A stretch of 64,000 bases of DNA. Origin: a virus. The position numbers and the translations under genes were made by a program. Location of the stretch: IMG/VR virus record IMGVR_UViG_3300007735_000794, positions 34,069 to 98,068 of that record. One strand, given 5' to 3'. This document shows, piece after piece, positions 56,886 through 64,000 of the stretch (positions are counted from its first letter, which is position 1; every line of letters starts with the position of its first letter). A model generated the notes under the pieces. That model did not search any database. It was not told the origin of the DNA and saw only the letters and a list, made by a program, of their open reading frames with translations.

Positions 56886-59180
56886 ATGTCATTTATACCG
56901 ATAACACAACAAAATATTGAAAATGTAACGCTTGTATTGCATCCACAATATAATTTTGTTTCATCTTCTTTGGGCATCACAGGCTCGATAAATCTTGTAG
57001 CAAAACCCACAAATACAATACGTGATATCACAGAAGAAACACAGAGTGGTATAGGATGGACTCAAGGGCAAATTTTGAATATACCTATGGTGGCCTCGTC
57101 AGAAGTTAACAGAGGTACTACAGATGTATCGGGTTTAATGATAAAGTACATGCAGAACGTGCATAGTCAATCAAATCCGCTGAGAAACGACATAACATTT
57201 GCGCCCGCAAGATATTCGATGCCGTACAAGTTCAATGATGACTATTCAGGCTCACCCTATATTATGAAGAGAGTCATGACAGAAACGCTGATGCCGTTTT
57301 ACAAGCACAGTTTTAGTCATAGCGATTTTTCATGTGTAAATTATAACTCATTAAATTTCTTTTCATCGTCACATATTCCTAACAATACAGCAATAATTTA
57401 TGCAAATACATCAGACACTACATCGTATCCATACACACCACAAAGTGAATTTACAATAGATTTTTATATTAATCCTCGCTATAAATCACAAAAGAATAGT
57501 GCATATACAGCAGGGACGATTATGCATTTATCGTCAACATTTGCTGTTTCTCTTGTGACTGGTTCTAGCAAAGATGAAAATCAAAATATTGATGGATTTA
57601 GGCTGTTATTGCAATTAAGCCAAAGCGCAGATCAACCACCCACGACAATAAATATTGCTAATGTTGCATCAGGTCTTTCATATCCAAAAAACCTGACATA
57701 TATCACACAAGACAATGCGCTAAAGTGGAATAATTGGCATCATGTAACAATACGATGGGGCAGTCTTTCAAGAAGCTACGGTTCAGGAAGCATAACTGTT
57801 GATAATTTAGAAACAACATTTAATATTCCATCTTCGTCTATATCAACAAACTCTGATGCGCTCGTATTGGGAAACTATTACGCAGGACCGTCAGCGATGT
57901 ATGATTTTTTCAATACAAACGCTGCATCAAATGAAGGGATACCGCATCTCACACAATCGACAGGAACAACAGACCCACATCTTTTTAGATTTGATAATCC
58001 TTTACGTGCAGAAGTTCATGATTTAAAAATCTTCAAGCGCTATTTGTCAAATTTTGATATAAAAAGGTACGCAACAAAATCAAATAGTAAAGACAAAGAT
58101 TTGTTATTTTATGTTCCACCCACATTTAGCACAGAAACAGATAATCACATTGTTTTGACAACACCATTTAGCACAAAAACAAAAACGACGACCACTCCCT
58201 TTAACGCAGATTTGGCATATTCAGTTAACGGATTTTATGTTAATCTTGAAAATTATACAAAAGACTTCGTCACAAAACAGCACCCACGCTTATACAATTT
58301 GACTGCATCTGCAATTATTGCTGCAGGACCCAATTTATCTGCAAATGAAATTTTGTATTCAAATTATAGAACTTCAAAAAGAAATTTATCAATTTTGCCA
58401 AATGATAACGGTCTGCTTTACCCTGATTTTTCGATTCTTGAAAATGAAACTAGCAATATTTTCAAGAATGACTTGGGAAATACAGACACAAGCATTATTT
58501 CTATGAGAGCAATAGCATCATCTTCATCTGTTTTCCCCGGGTTAGCGCCTGACTATGATGAAATTTGTGGCGCAACACCTACCAACATGTCTGGCGCTTT
58601 GGGTGCTGCTTTGTCAATTGCACAAATGTTTAAAGATCAAAGCTCAAATATGGTTTCAATTTTTGATATGTCAACACTTGACTACGGAAGATCTATACAG
58701 CAAGGCACATTCACTCTAAAAGATTCGCTGTTATACGGATCATATGGTGAAATGTCATTGACATTAAAAGACAATGAAGCAGGATCGTTGTACAGAAGTG
58801 ATTGTCTAACAACGCCCGCGACGTGGAATTCTGTTGGGAACATATTTTATGCAGAAGGTTCGTCGATCATTGTCAATCCGCTTTTAGCGATGCTTGGATC
58901 AACTAATTATGAGATTGCGTACAAGGGTGAAAAGCATACAAATGTCTTCATTGTAAATGCACCAGCTCCTGCGTCATTAATAAACTCTTCTTCTAATACG
59001 ACATACGAAACATTTTCAGTAACAGATAACGCGAATGAAAGAGAAGATAGATTTGTCTATATCACTGGAATAAATTTGCACGATGAAAATTTGAATGTTA
59101 TTATGCGTTCAAATTTAGCGCAGCCGATAGCAAAGCGCGACTCAGACGAGTTTGTTTTTAGAGTGAAATACGATTTCTAA
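56886..59180 (+). CDS. Putative baseplate or tail protein with LamG-like domain
   Basis: FTIDFYINP, WHHVTIRW. C-terminus paralogous to 55647 (ITGINLHD...LAQPIAK...KYDF). Confidence 0.65.
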   Translation: MSFIPITQQNIENVTLVLHPQYNFVSSSLGITGSINLVAKPTNTIRDITEETQSGIGWTQGQILNIPMVASSEVNRGTTDVSGLMIKYMQNVHSQSNPLRNDITFAPARYSMPYKFNDDYSGSPYIMKRVMTETLMPFYKHSFSHSDFSCVNYNSLNFFSSSHIPNNTAIIYANTSDTTSYPYTPQSEFTIDFYINPRYKSQKNSAYTAGTIMHLSSTFAVSLVTGSSKDENQNIDGFRLLLQLSQSADQPPTTINIANVASGLSYPKNLTYITQDNALKWNNWHHVTIRWGSLSRSYGSGSITVDNLETTFNIPSSSISTNSDALVLGNYYAGPSAMYDFFNTNAASNEGIPHLTQSTGTTDPHLFRFDNPLRAEVHDLKIFKRYLSNFDIKRYATKSNSKDKDLLFYVPPTFSTETDNHIVLTTPFSTKTKTTTTPFNADLAYSVNGFYVNLENYTKDFVTKQHPRLYNLTASAIIAAGPNLSANEILYSNYRTSKRNLSILPNDNGLLYPDFSILENETSNIFKNDLGNTDTSIISMRAIASSSSVFPGLAPDYDEICGATPTNMSGALGAALSIAQMFKDQSSNMVSIFDMSTLDYGRSIQQGTFTLKDSLLYGSYGEMSLTLKDNEAGSLYRSDCLTTPATWNSVGNIFYAEGSSIIVNPLLAMLGSTNYEIAYKGEKHTNVFIVNAPAPASLINSSSNTTYETFSVTDNANEREDRFVYITGINLHDENLNVIMRSNLAQPIAKRDSDEFVFRVKYDF

Positions 59181-59188
59181 GAGACAAA

Positions 59189-59719
59189 ATGGGACTTTCG
59201 CTAGGACTTGATATATCAACATCATGCACGGGTTTTTGTATACTTGATGACGACTGCAAGTTGATTAAAATCGACTTTATTAGGCTTGATAATATCGACA
59301 ATTTTTTTGAAAAAAGTGACAAAGTTGAAGAAGTTTTCAATGAAATAAAAAAAGAATTTAATATCGCAAATGTGTTTATTGAACAAAACTTGCAAGCATT
59401 CCGCCCAGGACTCTCATCAGCGTCAACGATAGACACGCTTGCAAGGTTCAACGGAACAGTTACATACATTGCTTATAAAGTATTTGGTGTTAAGCCAACT
59501 GCAATTAATGTAATCGCAGCAAGATCAGCCGTTGGACTAAAGATCGATCATAAAGACAAATCAAGAACAACAAAAGAAAAAGTTTTTGCATGGGTTTTTG
59601 CATCAATTCCTGTAAATTGGCCCACAAACAAAAAAGGCGGATTTAAACCTTCATGTTTTGATATGGCAGATTCATATGTGATAACAAAAGCTGGCATTTT
59701 ATTAAATGTAAAGAGATAG
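59189..59719 (+). CDS. RuvC-like Holliday junction resolvase
   Basis: LGLDISTSCTG, VFIEQ, DMADS. Confidence 0.85.
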   Translation: MGLSLGLDISTSCTGFCILDDDCKLIKIDFIRLDNIDNFFEKSDKVEEVFNEIKKEFNIANVFIEQNLQAFRPGLSSASTIDTLARFNGTVTYIAYKVFGVKPTAINVIAARSAVGLKIDHKDKSRTTKEKVFAWVFASIPVNWPTNKKGGFKPSCFDMADSYVITKAGILLNVKR

Positions 59720-59735
59720 CTACAAAGCTTATAAT
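59707..59735 (+). promoter_or_regulatory. Putative sigma70-type promoter, leaderless
   Basis: TGTAAA-N17-TATAAT, 5 nt before the GTG at 59741. Confidence 0.6.
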
Positions 59736-59740
59736 TTAAT

Positions 59741-60706
59741 GTGTCATCTACATATACAGAAAGAATTAATTTCATTCAAAAATCACTTGGTAAGGGTCAA
59801 GTTTCACGTGATGGAAATGATATTTCTATTTCGTGCCCGCATTGCAAAGAACATCTAAAAAAGAAACTTGCAATTAATCTTGAAAATTGGAAATTTCATT
59901 GTTGGGTTTGCGATGCAAAAGGTAATTCACTTGTTCCTCTGCTACGAAAGTTTAGTTCAAATGAAAATTTAGCTTATTACAGAGCACATTTTCTAAATGA
60001 CAAAATTTTCGCTGCTGATTTAGAATTCGTCGAAGAGCAAGCAGTTAAATTGCCAGATGGATTTTTACCAATTGTTCTTGCAAATTTAAAACATCCAGAT
60101 GTAAAAGCAGCAATGCGTTATCTTTGTGCAAGAAACATCACAGAACATGAAATGTGGAAATTCAAGATTGGAATCACAGTAAGCGATGAAAAATTTGCAA
60201 GAAGAATAATTTTTCCATCACTTAACGCTGATTATGAAGAAAACTATTTTGTTGGAAGAAGCATCGATAAAAATGCAAGAATTCGATACATGAATGCAAT
60301 TAATGACAAAACTAGCATCATTTTTAATGATTATGCGATAGATTGGGATAAAAAAATATATTTGACAGAAGGTATTTTTGATTTTATTGCGCTAAAAGAG
60401 AATGGAACGTGTATGCTTGGTTCGTCCTTGAGCGAATCATCGCTTCTCTTTAAAAAGCTAGTAGCAAATGAATCAGATATTGTTCTTTGCTTAGACAATG
60501 ACATGGTAAAAAAGACAGCAAGAACAGCAGATTTATTAACTTCATATGGCTGCAAAGTCGAAGTGATGGATACATCATCAGCAAAAGACATAGCAGAAAT
60601 GACAAATGAACAGCTTGATATTGCAAAAGAAACAATCAAGGAATGGTCACCCAAAACTTCATTCTTATACAAGATTTCTACAATTAAAAGCGGATCAATG
60701 TTTTAA
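59741..60706 (+). CDS. DNA primase (zinc finger plus TOPRIM)
   Basis: CPHC...FHCWVC, RIIFP, FVGR, EGIFD, LDND, KD. Confidence 0.9.
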   Translation: MSSTYTERINFIQKSLGKGQVSRDGNDISISCPHCKEHLKKKLAINLENWKFHCWVCDAKGNSLVPLLRKFSSNENLAYYRAHFLNDKIFAADLEFVEEQAVKLPDGFLPIVLANLKHPDVKAAMRYLCARNITEHEMWKFKIGITVSDEKFARRIIFPSLNADYEENYFVGRSIDKNARIRYMNAINDKTSIIFNDYAIDWDKKIYLTEGIFDFIALKENGTCMLGSSLSESSLLFKKLVANESDIVLCLDNDMVKKTARTADLLTSYGCKVEVMDTSSAKDIAEMTNEQLDIAKETIKEWSPKTSFLYKISTIKSGSMF

Positions 60707-60969
60707 AATTCTGTTATCTCAATTATAAGATCGCCTTTTCCTTTGACTGCTCTGTGCCATGTTTTTGCAGGAATAAAATACGTTTCGCCAATTACAAGCT
60801 GCGCAGGCAATGAAGCATCAAATTGAACACACCAATCACGTCCTTCAAGGATACGAACGTGACGATTCATCTTGTCTTGATGCCATTCAAGTTCATACTG
60901 CGCAGTGTCAGCGCTAAATTTTCGAATTATTTTTCCATCTACAATTGTTTGTGTGTATGGTTTGCTCAT
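60703..60969 (-). CDS. Small cupin-fold protein
   Basis: WHQD...ILEG...FIPAKTWHR..KG. Confidence 0.75.
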   Translation of the reverse strand: MSKPYTQTIVDGKIIRKFSADTAQYELEWHQDKMNRHVRILEGRDWCVQFDASLPAQLVIGETYFIPAKTWHRAVKGKGDLIIEITEF

Positions 60970-61587
60970 TTACCACCAGCCTGGAACGTTCCTTCCAAAC
61001 ATTTTTGTTGCTCTACAAGCCCAATAACCCGCCGATGTTTTGTCTTTATTCTTTGCGCACTTATGACGTGCAGCGAATGATTTTCTACGTGCTTTGTGCT
61101 TTGGTGAATCACCCATTGCATCGGGCAAGCTTGATCCAAATGATACTTTTTTAACTTTGCCCGTCTTTGGATCTCTTACGTAAACATGAGCTCTGCCACC
61201 TGATCTTGATGCACCTTTCACGCCTAAAGTAACTTCTCTATTTTTGTATTTTGCTTCGTTTATGTCTTCATCCCACATTGGAAAGTCGAGAGGAACTGAT
61301 TCTCCATCAAATTCGCCGTAGCTTCCAATGTCTGAATTGAATAACTCTACTTCGTCTTCTGTAGCATTATAAAGACCTCGTTCATACAACTTTCTTGCTT
61401 TGTTCAAAACACCAAAAAACTCGTCAGTCCCAGGGCGATATACGTTATCGTCAAATCTAATTTGATTATCAAGATGATAAGAAACACCTTCATTAATAGC
61501 TTTTTCAAGAGTGTTTTTGCGCGGTTTATGAATTGTCTCACTTAGCGTAATCTCATGAACAAATGACTCTAATAGTTTCTTAAACAT
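60970..61587 (-). CDS. Putative internal head protein with basic C-terminal domain
   Basis: MFKKLLESFVHEITLSE. INEG and INEA sites. KVKKVSFG...RRKSFAARHKC...YWACR. Confidence 0.65.
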   Translation of the reverse strand: MFKKLLESFVHEITLSETIHKPRKNTLEKAINEGVSYHLDNQIRFDDNVYRPGTDEFFGVLNKARKLYERGLYNATEDEVELFNSDIGSYGEFDGESVPLDFPMWDEDINEAKYKNREVTLGVKGASRSGGRAHVYVRDPKTGKVKKVSFGSSLPDAMGDSPKHKARRKSFAARHKCAKNKDKTSAGYWACRATKMFGRNVPGWW

Positions 61588-61843
61588 CGACTTTCTCATA
61601 CTGAATGTAGTCATTTATAACATCAATATACTCATCGCAAATTGCGATTTTCTCTTTTATCCACTCAGGCAAAGATTCACCATCATTAATGATATCGTGC
61701 AATTGCATTGATTTTTTTGAAATAGAATGCAAATTTGATTTAACCATATCAATTGATTCGTAATCTGCTTTTTGGTCAAATGATATATGAGTTTCTAGCT
61801 CTTCTTTGATTATTTTTCTTATGTACTCATTTGTTAATTTCAT
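61580..61843 (-). CDS. Putative internal head protein
   Basis: MKLTNEYIRKIIKEELE leader; LPEWIKEKI...EYI domain. Confidence 0.7.
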   Translation of the reverse strand: MKLTNEYIRKIIKEELETHISFDQKADYESIDMVKSNLHSISKKSMQLHDIINDGESLPEWIKEKIAICDEYIDVINDYIQYEKVDV

Positions 61844-61892
61844 TTTGCACACAAATATGTTGATTATAGTATATATCGAGCATATTGTTGAA

Positions 61893-61899
61893 ATAATTA
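61893..61899 (+). promoter_or_regulatory. Putative late promoter ATAATTA
   Basis: 5 nt before the ATG at 61905. Confidence 0.5.
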
Positions 61900-61904
61900 A
61901 TCAT

Positions 61905-62168
61905 ATGCAACAAGAACAATTGCGTCAAGAAATAAGAGAAATCATTCAACTACTGAATGATGAAGCACTTTTTCATAAACGAAATGCAAAAGATGAATTT
62001 GAAACAACAAAAGAAGCATCGCCCGCTGAGCTTCGTCATTCATTGTATGAAACAATTTGTTCATTAATTGATGTTTATGATGAGCTTAGCGAAGAAAATA
62101 TGTCACCTACGATGTCAAGCAATATAAAAAAATTGTCATCAATAGTAAAAAAAATAACATCTAATTAG
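61905..62168 (+). CDS. Small protein with leader
   Basis: MQQEQLRQEIREIIQLLNDEA. Confidence 0.65.
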   Translation: MQQEQLRQEIREIIQLLNDEALFHKRNAKDEFETTKEASPAELRHSLYETICSLIDVYDELSEENMSPTMSSNIKKLSSIVKKITSN

Positions 62169-62194
62169 TAAAATTTCATTTTTCGTATTAAAAT
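62167..62194 (+). promoter_or_regulatory. Putative sigma70-type promoter, leaderless
   Basis: AGTAAA-N16-TAAAAT, 6 nt before the ATG at 62201. Confidence 0.55.
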
Positions 62195-62200
62195 ATAGAT

Positions 62201-64000
62201 ATGAAAATTGCACACTTTGCTGACGTTCACTTTAGGGGCCTTTCGCGACACGATGAGTATCGTGAAGTATTTACGTTAGCATTTGAAAAGTTAAAACAAG
62301 AAAAGCCAGATGTTATTTACATTGGTGGTGACATAGTTCATTCAAAAACGCAAGGTATCACACCTGAGCTTATTGAAATATTAACGTGGTGGTTATCTGA
62401 ACTTGCAAAGATTGCGCCAGTTGATATGATATTGGGAAATCATGACGGCTTAATCTTGAATAAGGATAGGCAAGATGCAATAACACCAATTGTGCAAGCA
62501 CTCGATAATAACAGAATCAGACTGTTCAAACAATCTGACGTGTATGAATCACCTTGCGCAGGATTTTCATGGGTTGTCTATTCACCTTTTGATGAAGACG
62601 GGTGGAAATCGCTAGATGATAAAATCAATAAATGCAACGTAAATATCGCATTTTATCACGGCGCAATTGCAGGCTCAAAATCAGACTTGGGCATGGTGCT
62701 TGCAGGTGAAAATGAAATTTCACTATTCAAAAATTCAGATTTTGCTTTGTTGGGTGACATTCATAAACGACAATTTTTAAATGATTCATCCACAATTGCA
62801 TATTGTGGATCAACAATACAACAAAATTATGGTGAAGATACTGATAAGGGATTTTTGGTATGGGACATCAAATCAAAAACAGAATTTGATGTAAAATTTG
62901 TCAAAGTAGACAATAAATACTCATTCAATACGATAAAATTCAAGAAAAACATTGAAAATACGCTAGCAGAAGCGGCGCTGTTGAGTGAAAAAGCAAGAAT
63001 AAGATATGAACTCGAAGACGACATCTCAGATGTGACAATTCACGAGCTAACAGAGCGAACACACAGACTGAAAAACTACACAGAAGTAACATTAAAGATT
63101 GACAAGTCATCGTCATCAACGCCCGCTACAAGCAAAATCGAACATGTCGCGTCAACAAACTTCAGAGACAAAGCAACTATTATTCGTGTATTAGATGAAT
63201 ATCTTTCTGATCGAAAAGCTGATGTTCGGCAAAAACAGCTTGCATTAAAGAAATTTGAAAAGTATTATGATGACTCAATTTTTGAAGATGACATAGCAAG
63301 AAGCGTGTCGTGGTCAATTAATAGTCTTGAATTCAATAATCTTTATTCGTACGGCGTCAACAATAAAATAAACTTTGACAAGCTTAATGGCATCACTGGC
63401 ATTTTTGGACAAAATCGTGTCGGAAAATCTTCAATTATTGGCACGATAGCATACGCATTATTCAATACAACAGACCGCGGTCCAATGAAAAATGCGCACA
63501 TTGTTCATATTGATGAAGAAATTGGAAACGCAAAAGTTTCATTAACTGTGAACAATGAAAAATATGACATCGTAAGAGAAACAATAAAAACTTACAATAA
63601 AAAGGGCGACATCTTTGCACCGACGACATTGTCACTTAAAAAAGTTTGTGATGATGGTGCTGTACAAAATTTAAATGATGAACAGCGAAGAGAAACAGAA
63701 AAAGAGCTTAGAAAACTGCTTGGAACAAGTGAAGATTTTTCATATACGACTCTTGCTTCGCAAGGTCAAATGAATGCATTCATTGATGAAAAATCAACAA
63801 GTAGAAAGCAGATACTAAATCGATTTCTTGATATTGATGTCTTTGACACATATCTTGAAAAAGTCAAAAAAGACATCTTGCCCTTAAAAGCAGTAATAAA
63901 ATCAACTTCAACTATTGCCTCGTTTGAAGCACAAATAATTGAGTACGCAAGCGAACTTCGTGATTTAAATAGCACGCTCGATGAAAAACAACACACGCTT
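62201..64000 (+). CDS. Mre11/SbcD nuclease - Rad50/SbcC ATPase fusion (3'-truncated)
   Basis: Translated by hand: MKIAHFADVH, GGDIVH, GNHD, FYHG, LGDIH, then in the same frame with no stop LEFNNLYSY...GQNRVGKSS...SQGQ. Confidence 0.9.
   Translation, partial: MKIAHFADVHFRGLSRHDEYREVFTLAFEKLKQEKPDVIYIGGDIVHSKTQGITPELIEILTWWLSELAKIAPVDMILGNHDGLILNKDRQDAITPIVQALDNNRIRLFKQSDVYESPCAGFSWVVYSPFDEDGWKSLDDKINKCNVNIAFYHGAIAGSKSDLGMVLAGENEISLFKNSDFALLGDIHKRQFLNDSSTIAYCGSTIQQNYGEDTDKGFLVWDIKSKTEFDVKFVKVDNKYSFNTIKFKKNIENTLAEAALLSEKARIRYELEDDISDVTIHELTERTHRLKNYTEVTLKIDKSSSSTPATSKIEHVASTNFRDKATIIRVLDEYLSDRKADVRQKQLALKKFEKYYDDSIFEDDIARSVSWSINSLEFNNLYSYGVNNKINFDKLNGITGIFGQNRVGKSSIIGTIAYALFNTTDRGPMKNAHIVHIDEEIGNAKVSLTVNNEKYDIVRETIKTYNKKGDIFAPTTLSLKKVCDDGAVQNLNDEQRRETEKELRKLLGTSEDFSYTTLASQGQMNAFIDEKSTSRKQILNRFLDIDVFDTYLEKVKKDILPLKAVIKSTSTIASFEAQIIEYASELRDLNSTLDEKQHTL

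Noticed and set aside
383-63996. Numerous short antisense or out-of-frame ORFs in the track (e.g. 956..1243, 35563..35961, 62827..63024, 63766..63996)
   Set aside because: They overlap well-supported genes and show no motifs or expression signals; treated as shadow ORFs.
1-64000. Alternative genetic code (stop reassignment), as in some large phages
   Set aside because: Long intact ORFs tile the window under code 11, and TAA, TAG and TGA all end genes at sensible boundaries.
1-64000. Eukaryotic giant virus or cellular origin suggested by PolX, glycosyltransferases and the Mre11-Rad50 fusion
   Set aside because: gp25 and gp6 baseplate genes, a sigma factor, a DnaG-type primase, SD motifs and overlapping operons indicate a tailed phage.

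Overview
A 64 kb, AT-rich, gene-dense segment of a large myovirus-type dsDNA phage read in the standard genetic code. No rRNA, tRNA, CRISPR array or IS element was seen. Layout: (1) 1-11.7 kb, unknown proteins, most carrying a T4-like capsid-targeting or prohead-protease leader, including a tandem array of ~130-aa modules separated by (I/L)-x-E-(S/A) sites, plus a minimal PolX, a kinase-fold protein and a HEXXH peptidase. (2) 11.9-16 kb, a degenerate GroEL-like protein, an Hc1 histone-like protein, a stand-alone sigma region-4 protein and PIN-PhoH. (3) 17-33.5 kb, a glycan synthesis and decoration cluster (about 8 glycosyltransferase genes, methyltransferases, AsnB-like amidotransferase, sulfotransferase, LmbE deacetylase, WbqC, UDP-sugar dehydrogenase) with a Cas4-like nuclease inside it. 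(4) 33.7-59.2 kb, a gp55-like late sigma factor and a baseplate/tail operon, several of whose proteins are strongly enriched in [S/T]-G-S. (5) 59.2-64 kb, RuvC-like resolvase, primase, small head-type proteins and an Mre11-Rad50 fusion that runs off the end and is missing from the ORF track. Two promoter classes are visible: TGTAAA-N16/18-TATAAT and ATANTTA, often placed 5-6 nt before the start codon. Best novelty candidates: protease-punctuated polyproteins likely packaged in the head, and a virion glycosylation system with a candidate [S/T]GS sequon. All assignments come from motif recognition by eye; no database searches were run.
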